Of a stretch of 64,000 nt of DNA, positions 1-13,266 are shown one piece after another. A model generated the notes under the pieces. That model did not search any database. It saw nothing but the letters and a program-made list of their open reading frames with translations, and was not told where the DNA came from. The position numbers and the translations under genes were made by a program. Source of the stretch: Hydrolagus affinis (taxonomy: Eukaryota); contig JAAILG010000035.1 in assembly GCA_012026655.1 (NCBI GenBank), forward strand, positions 1 through 64,000, read 5' to 3'. Numbering within the stretch: position 1 is the first letter of the stretch; every line of letters begins with the position of its first letter.

Positions 1-912
1 TTACGAAGTCTCAAAGCGCTTCACAGAATATACTGTCAAGTGAATTGACTATATTTGAGAGAACCACATCTCTCTTAAAAAGTGTAGATTGAGGCGACTT
101 CAGGAAGTGGGTCTAACATTATTCACAATTTATAAAATTTAGATGCAGTTTTCAAGGTATGTGAGAATATGAATATCAAATGAGAACCATAGTGAATAGG
201 AAGTGCGGAACAATTTTTTTGTGGGAAACTGCCAGTACAGGTGCTAGAAAAAGGAACTGCACAGCGTTTCACTAAGGAACTAGATCAGTAATACCCTAAA
301 AGGATTCAGGGTTAACAGATGATGTGATAGAACCATTAAAAATTTCCGGCACAGAAGAAGGCCATTAAGGCCTACAAATATACAGTCAATTTACTTTACA
401 GTATATTCTGTGAAGCACTTTGAGACGTCGATAAGATTTGAAAAGTGCTGTATGAAATGCAAGGATTATTATTATTATTATTATTATTATGTTCTGACTC
501 CTTTACAAGCAATCATTCACATTTTCCCAACATAATTTTTTGGGAAGTGGCTGAGTGAGATCAGTCAACAATTCTGGCTGAGGTTGTTGCAGTGTTAGTG
601 TAATGATGAACAATCCTCCAATTTGATTTCTGACACAAGAAGCCCTCAAACTACAAACACCACAACATTCTTACAATGTTAAAGACAGTAAAGATCCCAA
701 GGCACTTTTTGGGAAGAGAATGGAGTTTCTTCCAATGTCCTGGCTAACAATCCTCCAGATAAAACTGGACATTCACTTCATGACAGTTGGTGGGACACTG
801 CTGTGTGTAAAATTGGCTCATATACAAAATACAGTTACTTTACAGAATATCCTGTGAAGCACTTTGAGACATCATCCAGACATGAAAGGCACTATATCAG
901 ATGCATGTATTA

Positions 913-1231
913 CGGTAAAACCTCAATAATCTGATATTCCAAAAGCAGGCAACTCCCTAAAACCGGCAAGATTTTCAAAATACATGCATCATTCATTTTT
1001 TTCGATGTTCGGCAAATCCCCCCAAATTCAGAACAGCTGCTGTTCACACTGGCGCCATTCTGTGATCTGGCGCTGTACTTCCTATCGGGCATAGTTTGGC
1101 TTCAGTGCCATGTTTACAGCACACATTGTGGGCTTTCCCAGCCATTTCTAGGGTAGGTTCTAAATACTGGCAAACTCTGAAATCTGGGAGGTGAGTGGGC
1201 CCAACCATGACGGATTATCGAGATTTTACTG
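913..1231. mobile_element. Tc1/mariner (pogo/Tigger-like) MITE
   Basis: TA on both flanks. Left end CGGTAAAACCTCAATAATCTG; reverse complement of right end CAGTAAAATCTCGATAATCCG. Confidence 0.8.
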
Positions 1232-1503
1232 TATTACTATTGTTATTCGAACTTGCATTCTACACGTACCACAGAAAATTGCCAATACGACCCACCTTTG
1301 TAATCAGGTGACAGAAAAGTGGAGTACCTGGAATGTAAAGGGATCTTGACAAACTCCCCAGATGAGTTTTAGTGACACACTGGACCAGCGGGGGATAAAT
1401 ACATGTAAGACAATTTAGCATCATTGTAAACCTGATCAGAAGCTATAATTATTGATCATTCACTGATAATAATTACATATAAGAATCCATCTTGAGAGCA
1501 TTT

Positions 1504-1740
1504 CAGGGCGAAACTTTGGGCAAGTTTCCTTACTCCATACGCCTAGTAATAATCCCTCCAAAAAAAACACAATAATAAAATTGGTCATTTCAATCCACGA
1601 CTGTTTGTGGGACACTGCTGTGCCACATTTCACCCACAAATATACAGTCAATTTACTTCACAGTATATTCTGTGAAGCGCTTTGAGATGTCTAGAAGACG
1701 TGAAAAGAGCTATATCAAATGCAAGGATTATTATTATTAT
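1504..1740 (+). mobile_element. 5'-truncated tRNA-derived SINE (short subfamily) with L2-type tail
   Basis: ttgggcaagtttccttactcc body, GCGCTTTGAGA..GTGAAAAG stem-loop, (ATT)n tail; same family as 10757-11070. Confidence 0.85.
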
Positions 1741-2968
1741 TTAATTGTAATTCAAAATACGTTATTTTGTTGTAAGGATAATCTATAAAGCTAAATTTTG
1801 AACAACAATTTTAAATTTGGCAGTTAATCTTCAGAATCACAAGATCGGTTTGAATGCAGCAAGTCCTTAGGCCCATTTGATTTTATCCGTCCAAAAGGTT
1901 CACCCTCTCTTCCTGTCACATATTGCAGATGGTAGAAAAAAAATCTAAGATGATTCCAGGAACTTTATGTTAAGGAATGCAAGTACATTGATACAATGTA
2001 ATTACTGTTGAGTCAATGCACTTCACATTTGATTGATGTTAAAAGAGTAGTATAAATCCAGTGTTGGCAACATTGATTTGAATCTGAACCCTGTTTCCAA
2101 ACTGCTTCCAGGAGATATTTCAGAATTGATTCACAGCTAACAGCATGGTGTCGTTTTGTGTTGTGAATTGAAGCTTCCAAACCATGGAAAAAGAGGGTAG
2201 AAACCCATGTTAGCAATGTGTTCAAAATAGCTGTCCATATCTGTTTAGCAAGTATAATATTTGTTACTGGGTCATGTGATGAACACAAGCATTGCTATAG
2301 TTGGCATTCTAGCATTAAGAGGTCTTAATAAACTGTAGGTCGAAACTACATATAAAGATTTACTCTACTATTATAGCATTTTGACATTTTAGAATTTGGC
2401 AACATTTTGCCTTACATTTTGAAGCTGATTTTCTGCAAGTTTATTTTAAAAACGGATTCACGTGAGCAAAGGGAGATTGAGAGATTTGCCCCTTTTTCTG
2501 CCTTTCGCCATGCCATCAAAATCCATTTAAGTAATAATAATAATCCTTGCACTGTGTTTGATGTAGTGCCTTATCATGTCTTTGAGACGTCTCAAAGCAC
2601 TTTACAGAAATATACTGTAAAGTAATTTGACTATATATTTTGTGGGCAAAATGTTTAAAAGCATTTTCTTCATTGAAATTTTTCTGTGCAGATTTGTCAT
2701 TTGGAGAAATATTAACAGTACCATTTGTGATTAGAGATAGTACTGCAGAATACTTTTAAGGCTGAGGTGCAATGCTGTATCCACACCCAACTGAATGGTG
2801 AGTTCTGCCCGCAACACATCAGTGGCACTCCATCCAACTTTGAATCATAGAAACCAAACCATTTCATTTCACATTAGGCCAAAGCCCTCGTCAGATGTTA
2901 TCCACAATTGCTTATTGAAATTGTTAAAAAGAAGAGCATGCAATTTTCAAGATTGTATCTGTAAATAG

Positions 2969-3384
2969 TAGGGTCTGTCGATTTGGAAATTTTCCGATAT
3001 CGATATATCGGTGGGCTCATATCGATATATACCGATATATCAATATCACCAGTTTTTTTTATCCTGTGTATGCGCGCGCATTTGGAGGTGCACCCGCATT
3101 CGGAGGTGCGTGCGCATTCGGGGGTTGCACGCGCATTCCGGTGTGCGCGCGCATTCCGATAAGCATGCTCTAGGCCCAGGAGGTTTGCAATGCCGGCAAC
3201 AAGTTAAGTTGGAAAAGTTTTATATTATACTAATATATCGATACATCGCTGGACACTATATACCGATGTTTTGCAAAAAAAATTTATACCGAATTTTTCG
3301 ATATACCGATATATTCAAATTTCCAATATCGGCATATCGATATGAAAAATTATACCGATATAACCGATATATCGCTGGACACTA
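2969..3384. mobile_element. hAT (Ac-like) non-autonomous DNA transposon
   Basis: Imperfect TIR TAGGGTCTGTCGAT / TAGTGTCCAGCGAT. 8-bp TSD gtaaatag (2961-2968) / gcaaatag (3385-3392). Many subterminal CCGATAT motifs and an internal ~18-bp GC-rich tandem at 3071-3160. Confidence 0.85.
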
Positions 3385-3789
3385 GCAAATAGTAATGCAA
3401 GCGCAGGAAATGCATGAGTAAACACAATGTTAAGGTAAATGGTGAAAAATGGATATGAAAGCATGGGTAATACTCATAATCTTTACATTTGATATCCTTC
3501 GTAGAGAGGGGGTGGCGGGGAATTGGAGATAAGCAGGGTCTTCTTGGGCATGAGCTGGCTCCAAATGAATGTGCTTGGCAGTAAAATGTTGGAATCAAGT
3601 ACAGTACTCTGTGATGCTCTCAATTGTCTATTTCCTGAACCAAGGGAGTCCACTGTACTCCAAGGCACTGCTACTCACAGACCAGTCAATTTGACTCATC
3701 AGCAGGAATTGGATTCTTCCCACTCAGCTTCTTCCCACTCCGTTTCTGTTAATCTTGTAAACCAAAGTCTTAATGAATAGGGTGGAAAC

Positions 3790-4299
3790 ATAATAATAAT
3801 AATAATCCTTACATTTAATATAGCGGCTTTCATGTCTTCTCGACAGCAATTACAAACATACAACAAAATTACATTTATAGAGTGCCTTTCACATCGAGAG
3901 GACGTCCCAAGGCGCTGAACAGTTAGACGACTCAAAGTGCTTCACAGAATGTAATGTAAAGTGAATTGACTACATATGTGGGCGAAACACGGCAGCCAAT
4001 TATGCACAGCAATGTCCCACAAACAGTCATTGAAACGCTCTGAGACGCTGTCCAGTGTAGAGGGCACTATATAAATCGAAGTTGCTGTTGTAGTTGTTGA
4101 TGTTGAAACAACCAATTTATTATTTTTTTGAGGGATTATTATTAGGTTTGTGGAGTAAGGAAATTTGCCCAAGATTTCACCCTGCCTGGAATGGAACCCA
4201 GTTTCTTGCTTGTTACAACAACAACTTCGATTTATATAGCGCCCTCCATGCCGGATAGTGTCTTGTAAGGCGAGTGTTCTAACCACTCAGCTACAGGAC
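3790..4299 (-). mobile_element. tRNA-derived SINE interrupted by three L2-type tail insertions
   Basis: Head gtcctgtagctgagtggttagaacactcgcc at the 4299 end and (ATT)n tail at 3790. Inserts at about 3845-3923, 4035-4103 and 4214-4261. Confidence 0.8.
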
Positions 4300-5622
4300 A
4301 TGAATCAATTATTCTCAGGAGCTAGGTAAGCATGGTGCTCAATATTAAAAATTAACTATAATTCAGAAGAGCAACAAAGTCAATATCACTATATTTTATT
4401 CTTTAAGTGAGTGCTGTTTGTAAGTGAGCGAAGAACTAGAGGCTTAAATTCCATTTTAACTTTGCTGTTTTTCCAGTGACATTAAAATACTCATTATGGA
4501 TGCAAAGGAAGTGGCTATGGCTGTGGCTGCTTAACATGTCGGGTTTCTTCCTCTTTCTTAGTAACTGCTGTGCTGATACTAAGCTTTCTGTGTGTGGGAA
4601 ATAATTTGGCAGATGAACTGTGGGAAAGTGGTTAAATAAAAAAAAAATTAGTTGTCAATCCTCTACGCAGAGATAAGACAGCTATAGTGTAAGTGCGCCA
4701 TCAGCCGTAGCTAGAGCTATGTGCAGGTAGCATGTAATTGTGCGCTTCATGATTTTCATACCTAGAAATGATTTGAATGTTGTTGATATAGACAAGTAAA
4801 CCCAATGCAGAAAATGTGTCCCAAGGTGTTTGTTCCGCGATGGACACGCAAACAGCTTGATAGCTTATGCAAAGAATATTAAGATAGTTTGGGTGTTTAC
4901 TATGAATATTGACTGGGTCAGTGCTTTGATGCATCCTGTTGGTACTTGTTTTAGTAAACGTGGAGAATCCTTTAGTAAAATGAGTGAATTATTCATGAAG
5001 CTAGCAATAAAGGTGACCCAAGCAGTATAAAACCTTGATCTCCCAACTGGAGGGTTGTGAGTTCAATCGTTATTCAAACTCACCTACCATTATTGGAACC
5101 CTCCATCTCATTCATATAGGAGAATATTGCCAGCATCACCTCATGATGGCAGCAGTCACAGATTGTGAACCTTATGTTGTGTCATAGAGTTACCAGATGT
5201 TGTGATAATGACCTGGCCTTCATTAGCCAGTTGTTTCAAGTTTGCGTGTTTTGGTTGTACAATTTTCAGAATGTTGCGTCCAATTATGAATATTCTTATG
5301 CTATCTTACCCCAACATACTGAACTATCTTTACTGTCAATCCCAGGTTTACAACAACAAATTGTATTTATGTAGTGACTTTCATGTACGGTAGAACACGC
5401 TAAGGGGCTGGACAATCAAGGAATATTTACACCTGAGCTGAGGGTTGGAATCGAGGAGTGAGAGGCAAAGGGGCTTGGAGTGAGAATGAACAAAGGCAAA
5501 GGAGGCAAGGGAGTGGATGAATGTACTGTAGTGCACTGTACATGCTTGTTCATTTTCTAAGCAGAAAACAGATATTGTGACTGGCAGGATAGGGAACTTT
5601 GAACTTGCTCTATGTCTTGCAG

Positions 5623-5707
5623 GTACGCTCTCGGGGACGCTCGTCGACCTCTCCATGAAACGGCTGCTCTGGTTGAAGATGTTGTGCATTCGCAGCTGAT
5701 TAATATG
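5623..5707 (+). CDS. SUPT3H: SUPT3H (Spt3 homolog) internal coding exon, 85 bp
   Basis: Acceptor tatgtcttgcAG|G and donor ATG|GTaagg. Encodes (M)[28 protein letters not shown], near-identical to the recalled vertebrate SUPT3H N-terminal histone-fold peptide [28 protein letters not shown]. Starts phase 2, ends phase 0. Confidence 0.96.
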
Positions 5708-6514
5708 GTAAGGTTCCTGATCCGCGTGGTGCTAACCCTTGTATCCAGGGTTTTATGGTCTGAAAATGTAAACCCTGTGCGTGCACTCAGTATTTCCTTT
5801 GCAGCTGAAGACTCCTGCAAATTGGGAGCCAACTCACGTAAAAACTCCCACTGAAGCCTGACTCCCACTGAACCCTTGGAGTAGCAAAAGGATTCTTTTT
5901 AAAAACAACAGACTGCAGGTCACTTTCTGCCACAAATTAAAGGGGAAGGGCTCTCTTCATAAAGTAGGTTAGAAGGAGACTATGGTCGCCTGAGAAATCT
6001 AGCTGCTCAATTCCACTTAAATTACATTGTGTGGTCCTGTAGCTCAGCCTCGAGCCTCGCAAGTAGGAGACCTGGTTTTGATTGAGGTCCATAATTCTAC
6101 GGTAGAATTTTATGCAGAATTTTTTCTCATGCACGCAATCAATATTTGTTCGCAAACAAAATTCATGGCAGCCTTTCATTGGACAGCTGCTGTGCCACCC
6201 TGATAGCTTGCAGCAAGTCATGGATGCAGGTTACAGGTGTACAGTACAGAAAACAAGCTACAGTTTTCAAAAATAAATTGCTAGCATATAAAATATCCTG
6301 TAGAGCATAATATTTATGATTGCTGTCTGTAACCCATCAGAAAGTCTAGAAATTACTCTCCAGTGCAGCAGGTGCATGTTATTTGTGAGTCATTTGTTGA
6401 AGTCTGCATTATTTCTCAATAAGAAATATATTATAGAGAAATTCTTACATTTTTAAAAAAGATGCTTTGATATTTCTGCACAGAGATCAACATCAATGAA
6501 AATTGCAACTTATT

Positions 6515-6857
6515 TGTCGCTCAATGGTTAGAGGACTCACCTCGCAAGCGAAAGACCTGGGTTCGATTCCCAGCAGGGCAAAATGTTGCACAAGTTCTTT
6601 TACTCCGCACACCTATTTACCTCGTAGTAAGTAGAAACCTGGTTGTTAGTTGAATGACGGATAGCTTTTCCAAAATACAAATAATAAATTAGTCCCTCAA
6701 TCCACAATTGTTTGTGAGACGCTGTGTACTCAATTGGCTGCTGTGTTTCACCCACAAAACATATAGTCAATTCACTTGACTGGATATTCTGTTAAGTGTT
6801 TTGAGACATCTAGAATACATGACAAAGCATTATATCAGATGCAAATATCATTATTAT
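6515..6857 (+). mobile_element. Full-length tRNA-derived SINE, long (CORE-like) subfamily
   Basis: A-box-like gctcaatggttagag, B-box ggttcgattcc, extra segment tttacctcgtagtaagtagaaacctggttgttag, L2-type tail. Confidence 0.8.
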
Positions 6858-9247
6858 GTGAATCAAAGGAATACAAATGCAAACTTGCAGCGTGGTATTT
6901 TTGCTCTCAATACATTTTCATTTAAAAAAAATGGATTCAATCTTAACTGAGAATTTTAGCTCAAGGTGGAAATTATCAACTCTTATTTAAGAACATACAA
7001 ATTCTGTGGATTTACACTATCTTGGCTTTAGATAGCAGGCCAAGAGCAAAGCTTTAAGTTACCTCTCGTTCTCTTGAAATCTTAAGACAAAAATTATATC
7101 TTTAGGACTACAATATTTTTTCTTAGACATAAAATAAGGACTTGTGTCAAGTTAACTGCACTTGTGTCAAATGCACATGCATAGAACTAGAACGTGAACA
7201 CTTCATTTGTGAACATTTCTTCCAATCCAGCAAGATCCAAGGGGAACTGGTTTCTGCATTGAACACTCATGGTCTTAAGGTGGGTTGACCATTATAGGGG
7301 AATAGCCTCAGGTAGCTGGCGATGACACAGAACTGTTTTAAGAGTATGTGCCTGTGTTATTTCCAAGACGAAGTCAAGGCATACAAACAACTAAGCCCAT
7401 ATCATGACCTTTTGACTTTGTGGCCTGAGACAGTTGTTTGTTATTCAAGAACTGAATGTGCCTATAAAAGCAAGTTATTATAACCCTGACCTGTGCAAAC
7501 TGCAATGTGACCCAAACACTGTCTTAAGAGAGGATATGTTTACTAATTAATTGGTATACTTCCCTTATAGACTCTGTGGTTTTAAAATATTGAGCAAAAA
7601 ATAGGTGTACCTTTGTGGAGGTTCTTAAATGGGCCTATTTTACTGAAATAGCTGGCTTGTGTACACTGGAGTCCATTTACGTTTTCTGGCACAGTGCAGT
7701 TTCCATTGCAATCCTGAAAGTAAACTACTATTCCTCTTTGATTTTACATTCATAAAAATGTAAATTAAAATCGTCTACAAATTAATCTTTACTAGGTTTT
7801 CTGTATCCATGCCATTTGAGAAGAGCTAAAATTGGATTTAGATACAGTACAATTTAGATACTGTTTAAGCTGTGTACAGATACAGTTTAAACTGTGTCAT
7901 TTATTTTAGAGGCAATTCGAGGAGTGAGTTGTTGGATTGCTGAGATATGATGAAAAGACTGGCTTGTCTCTTCACTGAGTTCTGGAACAGGGGAATTCCA
8001 CTTTGAATTGGATTGTCACCGTTCCCACCAATACTAACTAGACAATATTAGGAACTACATTCTAAGAGACTAGCCTGCGAAGCGTGCAATTTAAATGCAG
8101 GTTGTTGTTGGTAAAGTTTATTTATGTCACTGTCGGGGGTAGAAAAGCAAAAGCATCATATTTGCATTAATGAAAATGCAGTTATTTACATGAAACTAAT
8201 AATAAAAATCCTGTGATATAACACTATTTGCATTAGGGGAACATCTCAAAGAGCTTCACAGGATATACTGTGAAGTATAATAACTATGTATTTTGTAGGC
8301 GAACACAGCAGCCAGTTTGCACACAGCAATATCACCTGGGACCCACATGATGTCCCACATGATGTTCCTTTACTGCATCAATACAGCCAGTCTACACATC
8401 AGTTTGAATTAGAGTGAATCCTACAGTAAAGAAACACACCATTCAGCTCAATTAGTCTATCAGATCCCCGCTCTGCAAGTTGGAGGAAGGGGGATTTGCT
8501 TGTTTGTAGTCTATTTGTAAAGTTAAGTAAAATAAATTCTCCTTGAAAAATACATTTCAATAGTTTTGTGCCACCTTTTCATTAACTGGCTTAAATTGCA
8601 GGACATCTTGTGTATTTTTAAGTGTCCTCCCATAAAATACACAGTCAATTCACTACAGAATATCCTGTAAAGTGCTGTGAGATGGACATCCCGACGACAT
8701 GATAAGGTGGTCTGTTGAGTATAATAATTATTGTTATCAAGAGTTAGCGAAAGAACTTTAGGTGCTCGCTTCAGAGGTTAAATGTCTTGACATAGGACCA
8801 AACCTGAGATAATAATCACGGTCCTGCAATGTTATAAAAGGTTGCGAATAATCTTAAAGATTATCAGTAATCGATTCCGTATCTGGATAAAGTACAAATC
8901 TTAAAAATTCAAGAATATTGACAATTGAAGTTTGAATTAGTAACCACCATTGAGGGAGGGCTAGTGGTTCTATTTGATATGTTGTAATGTTATGTTTAAA
9001 TTGTTGTGCCTGCACCACCGAGAGTGCTCAATGTGAAACTCATGAAGTAGGAAATCTTTGGAAACATCTCAAGTTTAAAAGGAAAAAAAGACAGTGTAAA
9101 TAGTGCTAACATAAAAAATGTGTAAATAGATTGAACACTAGAAAAAGACAAAGTGTTATCTAGTGCTATCTGCAAGGGATTGCTGACAGTTATAGTTATT
9201 ATTGTGAAAATCTGATAGAAATCATGATAAGAATTTATCTATGAGAA

Positions 9248-9480
9248 CTGTCTTTCAGATGAGATGTTAAATTGAGGTCCCGTCTGCCTGTTCAGTTGCA
9301 CTAAGAACTCACAGTGTTTTCCAAAAAACTCCCGGACAACAAATCCCCCAAATAAAATTGGACACTCACTCCATGGCTATTTGTGGGACACTGCTGAGTT
9401 CAAATTAGCTGCCGTACCATATTGCATCCACAAAATAGAGTCACAGTATATTTACAGTACATTTTGTGAAGTGTTTTGAG
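9248..9480 (+). mobile_element. DeuSINE fragment
   Basis: Deu-domain motif gtctttcagatgagatgttaaattgaggtcccgtctgcctgttcag followed by the shared SINE 3' body. Confidence 0.75.
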
Positions 9481-9539
9481 TTTTTTTATTATAATTGTCA
9501 TTTTTCTACAATCCCAAATTCATAACACATAATAAAAAC

Positions 9540-9832
9540 AATAATAATAATGATGATAATAATAATAAAACTTGCATTTGATATAGCACTTTTCATGTCT
9601 ACTAGACATCTCAAAGCACCTCACAGAATATACCATGAAATGAATTGACTGTATATTTTGTGGGTGGAAAGTGGCAGTCGATTGCGCATAGCAGAGTCCC
9701 ACAAATTGTCGTGGATTGAAATGAACAATTTTTAAATTATTATTTTATTTGAGGGATTATTATCAGGCGTGTGGAGTAAGGAAACTTGCCCAAAGTTTTG
9801 CCCTGCCAGGAATTGAACCCAGGTTTCTCGCT
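9540..9832 (-). mobile_element. tRNA-derived SINE (short subfamily)
   Basis: Reverse complement matches the family body; B-box-like gggttcaattcc; (ATT)n tail. Confidence 0.85.
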
Positions 9833-10756
9833 TTTGCTATTTTCAGTGATTCATGTGTAAACTATCAAATTGCATCTAGAAACATTTAGCACTGCAGTTT
9901 CAAGATCTCTCAACAGAATGTGAAGTGCCAACAACTACTAGATCAATAGCATCTACTCTATCCAGAGAGTGAGAGAGTTTAGCCTGGTTCTTTGTACTTT
10001 ATGTATATGTATGATAGTTATTTCTGCTATACATTCACTTCTATATAGGGTTCATTACAGAGAAGTCACCATGACTTCCCACTTCAAGAAAGCAAGCTGC
10101 AAAATCTGACTTTGCCCAGATTTACTGCGGGTTTGAAGCGAACATAAAGTTAGCGTGAATAAGGTTGATCAGTAAAATTTATTACTAAGTGTGCTGTCTC
10201 TTGTAATTTGTGTCCAAATTGCAGGAACGTTAAAGAATGAATAATTCTTGTTCCAGTCCCCAATACACATAAAACAGTATGAAGGTTAGCAGAGAGTAGG
10301 AATACATTGAGGGAAATTTGTGTGCCGCATATCATATAGTTCATCTACTTGCTTAAAGTAAATGATTTGGGGTTCTACATACAAACAACAGGGACTTGCA
10401 TTTATGCAGCATCACTCACGCCAGGTAAAATCTCAGAGTACTGATGCTGAGCCTGGGAGAAAGGAAAGGCAATTTAGCGTGGTCAAACAGGAGAATCTTC
10501 TAGTGCGATCTGAATATGGGCAAAGAGAGTGCAAAGTGCAGTGATTGAGGTACTTCCAGAGGTTTAATGCATAGTAGCTGAAGACACAACCAACCACCGA
10601 TAGTGGTTATAGCCATTAGAAATGTAGACCTGTAGAAATTTACAGCACGGAAAGACATTTGACCCATTGTGACTATGCAAGCTCTATAAAAGAGTAATCT
10701 TTTCACTCTGGCTCACCTGACTTTCCTCCGAGCCCTGCAGCTACTTTTTCTTAGGT

Positions 10757-11070
10757 ATAATAATAATCCTCACATTTGATATAGTGCTTTTCAAGTCTTC
10801 TAGATGTCTCAAAGCGCTTCACAGAATATAATGTAAAGTGAATTGACTGTATATTTGTGGGCGAAACGTGGCAGCCAATTGAGCACAGCAGTGTCCCACA
10901 AACAGTTTTGGATTGAGTGACCAACTTTATCATTGTGTTTTCTTTGGAGGGATTATTATTAGGTGTGCGGAGTAAGGAAACTTGCCAAAGATTTTGCCCT
11001 GAACCTGCCTGGATTCGAACACAGGTCTCATGGTTGTAAGGCGAGTGCTCTAACCACTGAGCTACAATTC
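10757..11070 (-). mobile_element. Full-length tRNA-derived SINE (short subfamily)
   Basis: Minus-strand head gtagctcagtggttagagcactcgccttacaa..gtgttcgaatcc (A and B boxes), body, stem-loop tail and (ATT)n. Confidence 0.88.
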
Positions 11071-12399
11071 TCCATTGTCTCATTCCCTCTTGAAAGCCCA
11101 AATTGACTGGTGGGGGTGTGTTAATATGATTGAGGCCTTTCTAAATTTCTATATTTTAATTACATTAAATGCAATAAAAATTCTATACATATCTCAAAAT
11201 ATATGGTAATTCATTTCACTTCTCTATTAAGCAGGCATTTGTGAGGTATTTGCAAGGACCCGTGTTTAACAACCAACTCTTTGTTTGCTAATGCTGCTTT
11301 TCAAAATGAGCAAAAATCCACAATAACTCTTTGGTATTTTCTAAAACAAGATTATCTAAACTGATCAATTATGCAGAGTTTATTTGAAATGAGCTTCATA
11401 ATTAATTATAAATAATTAAAACAATCCTTTTTATAAAACATTTTGGATATCTGCAGTAACTATTGGCGATGAATTCAGATCAGGTTACAGTTAGCTGTGC
11501 TCTTACAAGTACTTAGCTCCAAGGCTCTCTGAATTTGAACCAAGGAATTGCAAAATGTGAAGCAAATAACCTGCTCATAATGCAGTATTCTTTTCTTCTA
11601 GACTATTTTTTCAGCCAATATAGTTGCCTGCGGGTTCTGGTGCTGTTATGATTTGGCCTTATGAGACACGCCAGTTTCCTTTCCTTATAGACTCTATTTA
11701 ACAATCTTTTGAAATGCCATTTCTTGTATGATTCCTAAAAGTGATGTGAATTGCAAGTACCTGACAGGGATTTCTAACTCAGTTCGAACTTGCTTGAAGT
11801 TGGCGGCTGAGCAGAGTTCCCGAGGGTCAGCCGCGACACGTGGGATTTGTTGGTTTCAAATCGTTTTGTTGTTCCTGCAATGTAGACACGCTCAGTTTTA
11901 AAATGTGATCCTTGCAGCTGTTCAGCCACATTCAATAGCATTCTACCATCTTATTCTATGCCCCACTTTTGCAAAGATTTTAATAGAACCAGAAAGCTTG
12001 TGGGCAGGACTCGGACGGGCAGACAAGGTCAGGTATTCTTGCATTTTGGAGCCAGTTCAGCTGCAAGGAGACCCAGCTCACATCCACCCACCCGGAAGGA
12101 TAATCACTAGTTGGTTGTTCAACATCCGACAAGCGTGGGTTTGAGCCCCTACTAGGTGGATGTTAGATACCAGGAACTCCCTGCAAGCCTCTCGGTGGGC
12201 AACATAACTCAGGATGAATTGCATGAAAGAATTGGTACCATCTTCCTGTCTCAGGTTTGGGTACATGCCTCTTCCCATAGAGCAATTATTCCACCAGTTG
12301 GAGATGCAGATTTCAACCAGGAGCTGCTTGTCTCCACAGCCCAATCAAAGATGGATTCCAGGCGCTAGTCTTACAAACGTGTGTTCACAAACTCAGATT

Positions 12400-13266
12400 C
12401 CAAGTCTACGCAGCTGTTCCTCGTAACTTAACCCCTTTAGGCCTGGTAACATTCTAGTGAACCTGCATTTCACCCCCTCCAGGGCCAGTATATCTTTCCT
12501 GGGGTGTGGTGCCCCAAACTGAACGCAATCTCCAGGTGGGGTCTGATTAACGCTCTATAAACTGAAGCATCATTTCTTCCCCTTTGTATTCCAGGCCTCT
12601 CGAGATAAAGGCAAACATTCCATCTGCCTTTTTGATTATGTTTTGCAGCTGGGAACTAATTTTTATTGATTTGTGGATATGGACACCCAAATCTTTTTGC
12701 TCCTCCACAGCTCTTAATTTTTCCCCATTAAGAATAATATTCTGCCTTTTTTTGGTCCATAATGGATGACCTCACACTTCCCTACATTGAACTCCTTCTG
12801 CCACAGCTTTGCCTACTCAATTAATCTGTCTGAGTCCCTTCGTAACTTCCTACTCCCATCTACACTATTTACTGAGCCTCCTGTGTTAGTGTTGTCTGCA
12901 GATTTGGATATAAAACTTTCTATTCCTTCATCCAAGTCATTTATATTTTGGCAAATGGCTGAGGTCCCAGGGCACACCCCTGGGGGATACCACTTGTCAC
13001 TTCCCATCAATCAGAGAACGTTCCCCTTATCCCTACTCTTTGTTTCCTACCTCCCAACCAATTGCCATATCACAAGGTTACCTCCAATTCCATGAGCTTC
13101 TATTTTCACTAATAATCTTTTGTGTGGAACCTTATCAAATGCCTTCTGAAAGTTCATGTAAACAACATCCATAGACACTCTCTTATCGACCATTTTAGTG
13201 ACTTCCTCAAAAAATTCAATCAGATTAGTTAGACACGACCTACCCTTCACAAATCCATGCTGACTC
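12400..13266 (-). mobile_element. CR1 LINE ORF2 (reverse transcriptase) remnant, 3' part
   Basis: Minus-strand peptides SQHGFVKGRSCLTNLIEFFEEVT..DVVYMNFQKAFDKVPH, INDLDEGIESFISKSADNT (decayed FADD) and GLSYEEQLRRLG; frameshifted. Confidence 0.92.

Noticed and set aside
3011-3385. 124-aa Arg/Tyr/Ile-rich ORF
   Set aside because: Translation of subterminal repeats of the hAT element; no transposase similarity.
5612-5854. 80-aa ORF as a standalone gene
   Set aside because: Only 5623-5707 matches SUPT3H and it is bounded by splice sites; the rest is intron read-through.
8761-8772. U6 snRNA 5' end (gtgctcgcttc)
   Set aside because: Only 11 nt match and the sequence then diverges; chance match.
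10995-11070. tRNA genes (Val/Ala-like heads, also near 6515, 14964, 34801, 37558, 52548)
   Set aside because: Each head runs into the SINE body and tail and is diverged; these are SINE promoters, not tRNA genes.
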